DNA of 64,000 bases from Candidatus Nanohalarchaeota archaeon (GTDB taxonomy: Archaea; Nanohalarchaeota; Nanosalinia; Nanosalinales; Nanosalinaceae), in the NCBI GenBank assembly GCA_022729235.1, contig JALDAJ010000001.1, positions 704,001-768,000 of the forward strand, read 5' to 3'. A program made the position numbers and the translations under genes. Shown one piece after another: positions 19,063 to 27,225 of the stretch; position 1 is the stretch's first letter, and every line of letters starts with the position of its first letter. Under the pieces are notes generated by a model. That model was given only the letters and a program-made list of their open reading frames with translations. It searched no databases and was not told where the DNA came from.

Positions 19063-19473
19063 ATGAAGCTGTTCGACAGGATATCCGAGGACGGGGAGGA
19101 GGTAGAAATTGAATCCTCTGCGGCGATAGAGGAAAGCAGTAGTTCACAGGAGGAAAGTCGTTTGAGGAGAGAGGTCGAGGACGAAGTCGTGGACGGGTCA
19201 GGTTCTACCGGTACAGGTTCTTCCAGCTCTTCAGACTCCAGTTTGCCGGGTGTGAGTTACGGTGATTCAGGTTCTTCAAGCAGTTCGTCTTCCCGTTCTA
19301 CTAAGTCTAGCTCCTCATCAACTTCCAGCTCGCTTCCAGGGATGTCGAGCGGAGGCTCAACTACGTCTTCCCACAGTATTGACCTGGAGGATGTACATGA
19401 ACAGAATAAGGAGATAATAGAACTACTTAAAGACATAAAGTCCGAGGTAGGTGGTAACGATAAGCTACTTTGA
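19063..19473 (+). CDS. Ser-rich low-complexity protein with C-terminal EQN helix
   Basis: ATG at 19063; LEDVHEQNKEIIELLKDI. Confidence 0.7.
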   Translation: MKLFDRISEDGEEVEIESSAAIEESSSSQEESRLRREVEDEVVDGSGSTGTGSSSSSDSSLPGVSYGDSGSSSSSSSRSTKSSSSSTSSSLPGMSSGGSTTSSHSIDLEDVHEQNKEIIELLKDIKSEVGGNDKLL

Positions 19474-20005
19474 TAACGTGAAGGATTCTGTGAAGGACAA
19501 GGATTCACGAGACAAGGCCAACTTCGAGACCCTGAGGAAGGCGGCTGAAGAATCATCGGAGAGCCCTGAAAACAAGGAAGGTGATGATACCGGTATAGAA
19601 GTCCTGGAGGAAGGGCTTTCCAAGGAAGCGCCTGGGAAAACGCAGAAGGAGAAAAAGCGGGAGCAGAGGAATCAGCAGGGTGATGGGGAGGAAGATGTCA
19701 ACGATTCCGGGAACCTGTTACCTTCCAGCTCAAGCGGTAGCTCTTCCACGGCTTCGAAAACAGGTAGTTCAGAAGCGGGTTCGATGTCCGGTTCCGGTGG
19801 TTCTTCCAGCTCAGGCATCGGTTCTTCAGGCAGTTCTCCTGGAGGTTCTGCAGTCGACCAGATGTCCGGTAACAAGCCGGGTAAAAGTTCTGGAACCAGC
19901 AATGACTCTTCTAGTGAGAACAGTTCCTCTCTAGAGGAGAAGCTTGACACCATCATCGAGCAGAACGAAAGGATGATAAGGATACTTGAGAGCTTCGGGA
20001 GCTAG
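19451..20005 (+). CDS. Ser/Gly-rich low-complexity protein with C-terminal EQN helix
   Basis: LDTIIEQNERMIRILES; overlaps the upstream gene. Confidence 0.7.
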   Translation: MVTISYFDNVKDSVKDKDSRDKANFETLRKAAEESSESPENKEGDDTGIEVLEEGLSKEAPGKTQKEKKREQRNQQGDGEEDVNDSGNLLPSSSSGSSSTASKTGSSEAGSMSGSGGSSSSGIGSSGSSPGGSAVDQMSGNKPGKSSGTSNDSSSENSSSLEEKLDTIIEQNERMIRILESFGS

Positions 20006-20015
20006 CCTAAGTTTT

Positions 20016-20291
20016 CTAGACTACCTTGACAGGTATCTTTCTGCGTCCTTCGTCGGTGCTCTCCATTTCTTCGAGTAAGCTGATTTCAAGTTCGAGCTGT
20101 TTCCGTGTGTTGGATTCGAAGAACTCCATCTCCAGCTGGTTGTCCTTGTTTGGTTCGATTTCGACTTCTTCTCTTCCTTTAAAGGAGAGTCCTACCTCGC
20201 CTTCTCTTATCTTTTCTGCAAAGTTTTCAAGGAAGTTAGCAAGTTCTTCATTGTTGAATTCGAAGTCGAGTTCTACTTCTTCGGTTGACAT
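20016..20291 (-). CDS. Amphi-Trp-like protein (terminal Trp absent)
   Basis: LANFLENFAEKI..LELEISL. Confidence 0.7.
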   Translation of the reverse strand: MSTEEVELDFEFNNEELANFLENFAEKIREGEVGLSFKGREEVEIEPNKDNQLEMEFFESNTRKQLELEISLLEEMESTDEGRRKIPVKVV

Positions 20292-20333
20292 ATATTGAAT
20301 CTTCTCGTGGGAACTGTTTTATTTTTTAAGGTC

Positions 20334-20612
20334 TTATTCTCCGTCTTCACCGGTTTTCTGTTCCAGCTTCCTTGCGAGGAAGTGGTCTTTCTCTTCGAGT
20401 TCTCTTATCGACTCGATTGCGAACAGGTAACCTGTACCTATCATCACCAGTCCGAGAACTGCGGGAGCCAGGTCAATCAGACCTACTAGCGGTAGTATGT
20501 TGGATATAACGAGTAGTACTCCCAGCGTGAACAGGGCGAAAGATACTGCTATCTCCTGGTTTATGCTCATCTTTTTGAGTCCGAATCGGTCTTTTTCTGT
20601 CATTCGAATCAC
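20334..20612 (-). CDS. Two-TM membrane protein in the oap operon
   Basis: Two hydrophobic helices, tightly spaced after oapC. Confidence 0.7.
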   Translation of the reverse strand: MIRMTEKDRFGLKKMSINQEIAVSFALFTLGVLLVISNILPLVGLIDLAPAVLGLVMIGTGYLFAIESIRELEEKDHFLARKLEQKTGEDGE

Positions 20613-20620
20613 CGAGAGCG

Positions 20621-21004
20621 TTATTCTAGCTCCTCTAGGTCGAGATTAGCATCTTCCGGGTTGAATGCGGAAGGTAGCTGTATGTAGTAGTTTCCTTCTT
20701 CCCTCCTTATAACTAATGGTATTTCTTTGAGTAGGCGGGAGATGTTTATCTGGTATACGCCTTCTTCCTTGATGCTTATCGAGTCAAGGTCGAACTCGAA
20801 CTTGATATTGGCTCTTTCTTCTACTCCTTCCTTCGCCATCTCCCTGATTTCGGAAGTGACCTCTTCTTTTTCTTCCTGCGACATCTCTTCTGTCTCCCCA
20901 TCTTTCTCGTACATAAAGAGCGAGGAGCCGCAGTCGCAGCCGCTTATCAGTTCATCGCTCCCGTCATCATACATCTCTCCGCAGTTCATACATCTATGGG
21001 GCAT
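20621..21004 (-). CDS. oapC: Zn-ribbon protein OapC (DUF2072)
   Basis: MPHRCMNCG..GCDCGSSLFMY; GVYQINI. Confidence 0.85.
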   Translation of the reverse strand: MPHRCMNCGEMYDDGSDELISGCDCGSSLFMYEKDGETEEMSQEEKEEVTSEIREMAKEGVEERANIKFEFDLDSISIKEEGVYQINISRLLKEIPLVIRREEGNYYIQLPSAFNPEDANLDLEELE

Positions 21005-21008
21005 GATT

Positions 21009-21392
21009 TCACTCCTCCATCTTTGCCAGGAATGAAACGGTATCTGGTTCTTCCTTGATTTTTTCCATGACGCGGGAGTTGCCTACTATCGTTAATCCCT
21101 GTCGGTACTGCTCGTTGAGAACTCTCTTGTAGAGGATGCTTTTTGCCTTTTCAATCCTGGAATCGCCTCCATCGAACCCCATGAATTCCACGCCCGGGAA
21201 ATCCTCGTCTGCCTTTTCTACAGAGTTCTCGATAAGTTTTCGTTTTTCTTCCGGAGTCCATCCTTCTTCGAGTACCAGCACGGAGTTGTCTTTAACCTTC
21301 TCAAGAACAAATTCCAGCTTGTCTGTGAAGGCTTTCTCGTCTGAAAGCCTCTCCTTCGAGAGAAATTCTATTGTGACCCCGTCATCTGTCAT
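21009..21392 (-). CDS. oapB: OapB (DUF2073)
   Basis: VLEEGWTPEE..L, FPGVE, GLTIVG motifs. Confidence 0.85.
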   Translation of the reverse strand: MTDDGVTIEFLSKERLSDEKAFTDKLEFVLEKVKDNSVLVLEEGWTPEEKRKLIENSVEKADEDFPGVEFMGFDGGDSRIEKAKSILYKRVLNEQYRQGLTIVGNSRVMEKIKEEPDTVSFLAKMEE

Positions 21393-22019
21393 CTAACTCA
21401 ACCTTTCGACTATTTCCTCATAAAGTTTGTCAATATTATTGCCTTCTTTCGCAGATATCTCTATTACAGGGTGCTGCGGGAAAGCATCGCGCACTCTTTG
21501 TGCATCTGCTTCTTCGAGGTCTATCTTGTTCGCTACCACCAGTATAGGTATGTCCTTTGCCTCCAGGTTACCGATAATTGTGACGTTAACCTGGGTGTAC
21601 GGATCCTCTGTAGCATCAAAAATCACCAGGCACGCGTCCACGTTGTCAAGGTACTTTATCGCCTCAACGATTCCTTTCGTTGCCTCTTTGGCGCGACCCT
21701 TCGCATCGTCCTCCTCTATACCGTGTTCAGTGAAATCCTTGAAGTCTACATTCGTTGAAATACCAGGCATGTCAAGCAGGTTCATCTCCACCGATTGACC
21801 ATCTGCCTCTATCTCGACTTTTTCTTTTTTCTCTACGATACGGGTCTCGTGAGGTACCTCGGAAACATTACTCATCTCTTCCCCGGTTATATCAAGAGAT
21901 ATCTGGTTCGCGAGAGTAGACTTTCCGGCGTTAGGAGGGCCATATATGCCTATAGAGAGGTCATCTTTTTCCGAATCACTGAAGAGACTGTTGAGAAGTT
22001 CCCTGAGCCTTTTGATCAT
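21393..22019 (-). CDS. oapA: Era-like GTP-binding protein OapA
   Basis: IGIYGPPNAGKSTLAN, PHETR, DMPG, NKID, ISA. Confidence 0.9.
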   Translation of the reverse strand: MIKRLRELLNSLFSDSEKDDLSIGIYGPPNAGKSTLANQISLDITGEEMSNVSEVPHETRIVEKKEKVEIEADGQSVEMNLLDMPGISTNVDFKDFTEHGIEEDDAKGRAKEATKGIVEAIKYLDNVDACLVIFDATEDPYTQVNVTIIGNLEAKDIPILVVANKIDLEEADAQRVRDAFPQHPVIEISAKEGNNIDKLYEEIVERLS

Positions 22020-22118
22020 TTTGACACCAGCTAATGGTAAATCAGGTCTTTAAGTATAAAAACTATTTCCTCTCTTTCACCCGGGAATAATAAAGAAATG
22101 ACACCTAAAAATGGCAAC

Positions 22119-22556
22119 ATGAAGACTGAAAAAGGCGTGATAATTGTCGCGTACAAGCGGAAGAACGCTCCCCGCTACGTTGTCCTTAAGAGGAAGAAGA
22201 ACTGGGAAGGCTGGGAAACTCCTAAAGGACACCTGGAGGATGAGGGCTACGAGGAAACGGTTAAGGAGGAGATGCAGGAGGAGGCAGGCATCTCTGGGGA
22301 CGAGATACTCGCTATAGAGGATATGGAGGAGACAGTCTTGTGGGAGTACAGTCAGGATGGTGAAGATTTCCGGAAAGAGTACCGTGCATTTCTAGTAGAA
22401 GTAGATGAGGGCGCACATGTTGATGTGTCGAGAAATCCCTGCGATGAGCACGAACACGGCTACTTCTTCAGTTTCCGTGACGCCAGCGAGATGGTGACTC
22501 ATGATAACAACCGCGAGCTACTGGAGAAGGCTCATGAGATGGTAACTGGAGAGTGA
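22119..22556 (+). CDS. NUDIX hydrolase
   Basis: WETPKGHLE..EEMQEEAG. Confidence 0.8.
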   Translation: MKTEKGVIIVAYKRKNAPRYVVLKRKKNWEGWETPKGHLEDEGYEETVKEEMQEEAGISGDEILAIEDMEETVLWEYSQDGEDFRKEYRAFLVEVDEGAHVDVSRNPCDEHEHGYFFSFRDASEMVTHDNNRELLEKAHEMVTGE

Positions 22557-22594
22557 GCTGAACCGATTTAAACATGGCGTGTATTCTAACAGGT

Positions 22595-22846
22595 ATGACA
22601 CAGCCAGACGAGATGCTGGAAATTTACCAGTTTGAAGGATGTCCTTACTGCTCAAAAGTCAGACAGAAGATGACCGAACTAGGTCTCGACTTCATCGCGA
22701 AGAGTGTTGATCCTCACGGTGACAGGCAGCGTGTAAAAGAGGTCAGTGATCAGACAGGTGTCCCTGTCCTCGTAGACCCGAACACCGATACAGTCATGCC
22801 AGAGAGCGACGACATCGTGGAGTATCTGGAAAAACAGTACGAATAA
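22595..22846 (+). CDS. Glutaredoxin/GST N-terminal domain protein
   Basis: CPYC, VPVLVD, ESDDIVEYL. Confidence 0.88.
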   Translation: MTQPDEMLEIYQFEGCPYCSKVRQKMTELGLDFIAKSVDPHGDRQRVKEVSDQTGVPVLVDPNTDTVMPESDDIVEYLEKQYE

Positions 22847-22877
22847 CTTTTAATTTCTTATTCCGCAGTAGCAACGT

Positions 22878-23324
22878 ATGCCTGATAGTAGACTCTTGAA
22901 AGAACTCGATATCTCTCCGGCTGAACTGGCTGAGATGACAGAAAGCGAATATCGGAACACTCTTCTTAGACATGATTATCCTTTAACCGAGCCTGTAATA
23001 GTATCTGTTGAGGACTCTATAGCAAGGGAAAGAGAGAAGCTTGAAAGTTTTTGTGCGCCGTATTCAGGTGCGGAAAAATGGCTTTGGATAGGTGAAGAGA
23101 TACTTCCTCGCTGGGCAGAAGTTCTCTCCGAACTCGATGAAAGAGTAAATTACGCGGATTCAAGTGGACTAGAGACAGAATACAAAGGAGTATTGTCCCC
23201 GCGGCTCAAGAAGGCTACAGGACTGATGAAGCGTCTGGAGGCAAATCCGGTAGACTATGATATATCGGAGTTTGTGGATAGACTCCGTGGAATGGAAAAC
23301 ACATATGAAAGGAAATTAAAGTAG
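22878..23324 (+). CDS. Hypothetical protein
   Basis: 148 aa ORF, ATG start, acidic. Confidence 0.6.
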   Translation: MPDSRLLKELDISPAELAEMTESEYRNTLLRHDYPLTEPVIVSVEDSIAREREKLESFCAPYSGAEKWLWIGEEILPRWAEVLSELDERVNYADSSGLETEYKGVLSPRLKKATGLMKRLEANPVDYDISEFVDRLRGMENTYERKLK

Positions 23325-23351
23325 TTCTGTCTCTACTGAAGGACTTGGAAA

Positions 23352-23487
23352 TGGACCGGCCCAGATTTGAACTGGGGATCTCCACCTGTCTGAATTCCTC
23401 CGCATAGCGGAGATTTCAGATAATAGAAGCTGGTTAAGGCTTCGAGTCTATCAGGGTGGTGCTATAACCAAGCTAAGCCACCGGTCC
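23352..23487 (-). tRNA. tRNA-Ile (GAT) with 61 nt intron at 37/38 (23388-23448)
   Basis: GGACCGG/CCGGTCC acceptor; CCACC-CTGATA|intron|A-GGTGG; BHB helix CTGA/TCAG. Confidence 0.92.
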
Positions 23488-23582
23488 GTGCTAGCTAGTA
23501 ATAGTTGAATGCTTGGAAAGTATTTTTAATGCATTGGCAGAGAGTCCGTGATTTTTATTTGAGGATTTAAAATACTGTTTCT

Positions 23583-24053
23583 GTGGGACTTGAAGAATTA
23601 GAAGAAGATATCAGGCAACTTGAGCAGGATCTTGAAAGTCTTGTTCCCCAGAAGAAGGCAGCTTCGGCTAAACTGTTTCTAGATCAGTTCATGCCTCTCG
23701 CTATACTGATGCTAACTTTGATGATTGCCTTCCATATTTTCATCCCAGTAAGCGATAGCATGGCTGTCGCTGTCAGCTACATGAACGTGGCTATCCTGTT
23801 CTTCTTCAGCGCCCGGTTCACGCTTGCTTTCATGCTGGCGGATTCGCATAAAGGATTCCTCCGTGAACACTGGTTTGACGCGCTGCTTGTTCTACCAGCT
23901 TTTGCATTAGTCAAGGATATACGTCTGCTGCTTGCCCTAGAGTCCAGGACAGAGGAACGCGCTGTTATAGGCACTATTTTCGCGAGGAATACGACGGTTG
24001 CCAGCCAGTTAACCAAGATAATTACCTGGATCAGAAGAATTCTCAGGTTCTAA
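23583..24053 (+). CDS. Membrane protein resembling an ion-channel S1-S4 module
   Basis: Several TM helices; FLREHWFDALLVLP S3-like motif. Confidence 0.6.
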   Translation: MGLEELEEDIRQLEQDLESLVPQKKAASAKLFLDQFMPLAILMLTLMIAFHIFIPVSDSMAVAVSYMNVAILFFFSARFTLAFMLADSHKGFLREHWFDALLVLPAFALVKDIRLLLALESRTEERAVIGTIFARNTTVASQLTKIITWIRRILRF

Positions 24054-24064
24054 AAACATATCTC

Positions 24065-24234
24065 TGATATGGGTCCAACGGGATTTGAGACGAAAACAAG
24101 TTTTCTTAGTCAAATCACGTTTAACCAGCACGAAGTGATGGGCCCAACGGGATTTGAATTCGAAGAAGCAAGTTCTTCTGCAATCAAATCCCGGGAGAAA
24201 GCATATCTTTGATATGGGCCCAACGGGATTTGAA
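24065..24234. repeat. Tandem array of tRNA-Lys 3'-end copies (two extra units) with hairpin inserts
   Basis: tgat(at)ggg(t/c)ccaacgggatttga at about 24065, 24136 and 24210. Confidence 0.9.
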
Positions 24235-24349
24235 CCCGCGACGCCCGGCTTTCTTTGAAGCTTGGCTGACGCCTTGCTTCTAGGTCCTCGTCCCTTGCGG
24301 GACTTGAGGCTTAAAAGGCCGGTGCTCTGCCAGACTGAGCTATGGGCCC
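24215..24349 (-). tRNA. tRNA-Lys (TTT) with 61 nt intron at 37/38 (24251-24311)
   Basis: GGGCCCA/TGGGCCC acceptor; CCGGC-CTTTTA|intron|A-GCCGG; BHB helix CTTT/AAAG. Confidence 0.92.
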
Positions 24350-24402
24350 ATGCGTATGGGTAATTGTTGTAGAATACCTGAGGTTTTTATACTGTCCGCC
24401 GA

Positions 24403-24618
24403 TTACACGGTTTCCTGTTCGAAGTCGCCGTACTGGATGTTCTGTATCGCGTGGTACGGGATGAACATGTGTTCGGACTGCACTTCCTGTACAAGTTCTT
24501 CTTCGTTGAATATCCAGGGGTTTTCGATTTCCACTCCGTTATCTACTCTATCTACCTGGTCTTCGTCTTCCAGGAGGAAGTCTCCGGCATCTGTTAGAAC
24601 TATGGCTGAGAATTTCAT
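24403..24618 (-). CDS. Small hypothetical protein (Sm-like fold possible)
   Basis: 71 aa, co-oriented after rpl37e; FIPYHAIQNI. Confidence 0.65.
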   Translation of the reverse strand: MKFSAIVLTDAGDFLLEDEDQVDRVDNGVEIENPWIFNEEELVQEVQSEHMFIPYHAIQNIQYGDFEQETV

Positions 24619-24627
24619 GTCGGATAT

Positions 24628-24780
24628 TTACGGCGATGCTTCGTCGAAGTCCTCACGTTTGGAGGTCTTCCCGAATCCGCAGGATGCGCACACTTTCTTT
24701 GTGAGGTGGTATGCTTTCTTTCCGCAGCGTCTGCATTTGCCGTGGGTTTTCTTGTTTCCGACTCCAAGTTCTGATGCCAT
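24628..24780 (-). CDS. rpl37e: 50S ribosomal protein L37e (not in ORF track)
   Basis: [28 protein letters not shown]; follows lsm as usual in archaea. Confidence 0.95.
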   Translation of the reverse strand: MASELGVGNKKTHGKCRRCGKKAYHLTKKVCASCGFGKTSKREDFDEASP

Positions 24781-24799
24781 TGTTAGTCACCTGTGAGGT

Positions 24800-25033
24800 T
24801 TATTCCGGGCTGACCACGATGACATTGTCTCCACGTACAAGCAGCTTACCGTAGTCTGTTCTGCCGTCATCGTTGTTCCTTGAGGCGTTTTCAAGCCACA
24901 TGTTGAGGTGGAGGTCGAAAGCTCTGAGTTTTCCTGTAACTGTTGAACCGTCCTTGAGTTCTGCTATTACTTGGTCGCCTTTCGCCCTGTCTAGGACGTC
25001 TAGTGGTCTTGTACCGTCATCGTTGTTTCCCAT
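24800..25033 (-). CDS. lsm: Sm-like archaeal protein
   Basis: RPLDVL, GKLRAFDLHLN, VRGDNV. Confidence 0.95.
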   Translation of the reverse strand: MGNNDDGTRPLDVLDRAKGDQVIAELKDGSTVTGKLRAFDLHLNMWLENASRNNDDGRTDYGKLLVRGDNVIVVSPE

Positions 25034-25150
25034 AGAAAATACACCTGTATCCTCGGTTTCCGGAACAACTTATATAAACCTACTGAGAGTCCTCGAGAGA
25101 GGAGGGTGGGCGAGCGACTTTTTATAAAGTTTAGAGGTGATTCACGGTTT

Positions 25151-25528
25151 ATGGCAATCTGGCACAGACGCTCATACATGAAGAAGACTGGTGGAAGTAC
25201 TAGACCTTATAGAAAGTCTCGTAAATACGATCTCGGGTCTGAGTTCTCGGAACCTGAGGTAGGCGAGAAACGTGTAGAGCAGAGACGTGTCCGTGGTGGA
25301 AACCAGAAGAATGTTGTCAGGCGTTCGGAGACTGTGAATCTTGCTGTTGATGGAGAAGTAGAGCAGGTTGAAATCGAGTCTGTGGAAGACAATCCTGCGA
25401 ACCCGAACTATGTGAGACGTTCGCTTTTGACTAAAGGAACGATAGTTGAGACAGAGGAAGGTCGCGCAGAAATTACTTCTAGACCGGGTCAGGACGGAGT
25501 TGTAAATGCGAGACTGACTGACGAATAG
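25151..25528 (+). CDS. rps8e: 30S ribosomal protein S8e
   Basis: RVRGGN, NPANPNYVRR..TKG, TSRPGQDGVVNA. Confidence 0.97.
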   Translation: MAIWHRRSYMKKTGGSTRPYRKSRKYDLGSEFSEPEVGEKRVEQRRVRGGNQKNVVRRSETVNLAVDGEVEQVEIESVEDNPANPNYVRRSLLTKGTIVETEEGRAEITSRPGQDGVVNARLTDE

Positions 25529-25681
25529 CCTGTGTTTATATCTTGTCTCGCATTTAGTCAAACGCAAAGCTCGTTGAATAAGGGCTTCTTAGTCAACTGT
25601 GTTGGAATACTGGTTGCTCGAACGGTATCTCGTGAGCCATACAGATTTATACAGTAAATAATAAAGAGAGAGGATAGGTTA

Positions 25682-25804
25682 CTAGCCCTTCACCATTTCA
25701 CGTACCCGGTGGAAGGGTCTGGCTAGTGTGGAAATCACTGAACTCTGTTCGAAGTTGACCGGAATCTGTCGGCCGGCCTCATCCGCAAAATCCGTTGCCA
25801 TCAT
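25682..25804 (-). CDS. 40 aa microprotein (not in ORF track)
   Basis: Strong GGAGGTG SD; MMATDFADEAGRQIPVNFEQSSVISTLARPFHRVREMVKG. Confidence 0.5.
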   Translation of the reverse strand: MMATDFADEAGRQIPVNFEQSSVISTLARPFHRVREMVKG

Positions 25805-25828
25805 GCTGTTTTCCACCTCCCAACCCTT

Positions 25829-25978
25829 TTATACCATTCCCTTTGAGGCGTTTATCCGCCGAATAATAGCGTTAGCAACGCTGTCGACCTCTTTTTCCGC
25901 TATCCTTAGTTCTTCCAGAGCTTCTCGTTCCTTTTTAGGCAGGTAATAGAGGTTGTTCTCGTACTTTGCGAGTTTCAT
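25829..25978 (-). CDS. 49 aa small protein downstream of cdc6
   Basis: ATG at 25978 about 25 bp below a TTTATAAA box. Confidence 0.5.
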   Translation of the reverse strand: MKLAKYENNLYYLPKKEREALEELRIAEKEVDSVANAIIRRINASKGMV

Positions 25979-26037
25979 CAACCAGTTATTCGCGATGCGT
26001 GGTTTATAAAGAAACGAATAGTTCTCCGTTAGTTCCG

Positions 26038-27051
26038 CTATTCCGGTAGAGTGTATTTCCGCCACCGTCCTTCTCCCTCGGTCTCTATCAGCCTGTAGTG
26101 GTCCATCTTGTTGAGATATTTCCGTAAGGTTCTTTCCACCTTAGGGTCATCAATTTCTTCACTATAGCGTTCGTATAACTCGCCGGGCTGTATCTCACCC
26201 TCATCCTGGATGATGTCGTAAAGAGCTTTCTGGTGCCGGTTGAGCATGTCCAGTGACTTTGACTTGTTCTGTTTCTCCGCCTTGGGTAGTGACTTCTCGA
26301 CTATTCCCTCGGTGATTTCCTCTTTATCACCTGACTCGGCGTCTTCCGCTGCTATCCGTAGAGAGTTGATCGCCACCCTTGCGTCTCCATCCGCCCGGTT
26401 TGCTATCCGGTGAAGAAGTGAGGTGTCGATAACACCATCGTATAACCCCCAGTCCCGCCGATCTTTCAAGATATCAACCAGTTCCTCAGTCGAGTAGGAG
26501 GGAAAGTGTACCTCTCTCGTACCTTCAAGCGAGGAGCGTATTCTATCATCTACATCGTACAGCGCGGTCTCTTTGTTCGCTATCATTATCAGCGCCACAT
26601 TCTCACGTGCGAAGTCGTAGAGAATCCTTTCCTGCTCTATCTGGTCGACCTCGTCCAGGACGACAACCGTCTTTCTCTTAATCGCTTTTTCCCTGAACTT
26701 ATCCACGAGTTCATCGGTAGGGGTGCCGGTCCTGTGTATCAGGTTGACACCGAGGTCCTGCAGCAGGTTGTAGTAGACCTTGAAACGGGAAGGATATCTC
26801 CAGCAGTTGACACTCCCCATCACGACCTCGGAGGAATGTTTCTGCATCTCGTCTATCACGTACTCTGCCATGGTCGTCTTCCCGGTCCCGGGCGGTCCGT
26901 AGAGAAGCATGTTTCTCGGAGAATCGTTCTCAAGTAGCGGCTCTAGGTTCCTCTTGATCTCATGTATCTGGTTATCTCTGTGCACCATCCTCTTCGGGAT
27001 GAATCCTTCCCGGAGTACTCTTGCGTCCTCTATAACCGATCGCCGTCTCAC
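26038..27051 (-). CDS. cdc6: Orc1/Cdc6 family AAA+ protein
   Basis: HRDNQI, GPPGTGKT, VLDEVD, GDARVAI, C-terminal wH. Confidence 0.93.
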   Translation of the reverse strand: MRRRSVIEDARVLREGFIPKRMVHRDNQIHEIKRNLEPLLENDSPRNMLLYGPPGTGKTTMAEYVIDEMQKHSSEVVMGSVNCWRYPSRFKVYYNLLQDLGVNLIHRTGTPTDELVDKFREKAIKRKTVVVLDEVDQIEQERILYDFARENVALIMIANKETALYDVDDRIRSSLEGTREVHFPSYSTEELVDILKDRRDWGLYDGVIDTSLLHRIANRADGDARVAINSLRIAAEDAESGDKEEITEGIVEKSLPKAEKQNKSKSLDMLNRHQKALYDIIQDEGEIQPGELYERYSEEIDDPKVERTLRKYLNKMDHYRLIETEGEGRWRKYTLPE

Positions 27052-27225
27052 GGAAACACTATTCTTCCGCTAGTTTAAAAGAAGAATTATGGCGGCGTTC
27101 CGGTAGTTCCGCGACTGGTTACCGCACGAACAGATGTTCGTGCTTTGAGCAGGTCAACTATTACGAGTAGACTGCGACGCTCGGTCGACACGCAATATAA
27201 GACTCCGGCGGGTGCCAAAGAGAGA

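Noticed and set aside
24065-24234. CRISPR array
   Set aside because: The repeats are tRNA 3'-end sequence, there are only three copies, the spacers are self-complementary to the repeat, and there are no cas genes or leader.
25681-25830. SRP RNA or other ncRNA after rps8e
   Set aside because: No SRP helix 8 motif seen; better explained by a small ORF with a strong SD, although a hairpin exists at 25681-25727.
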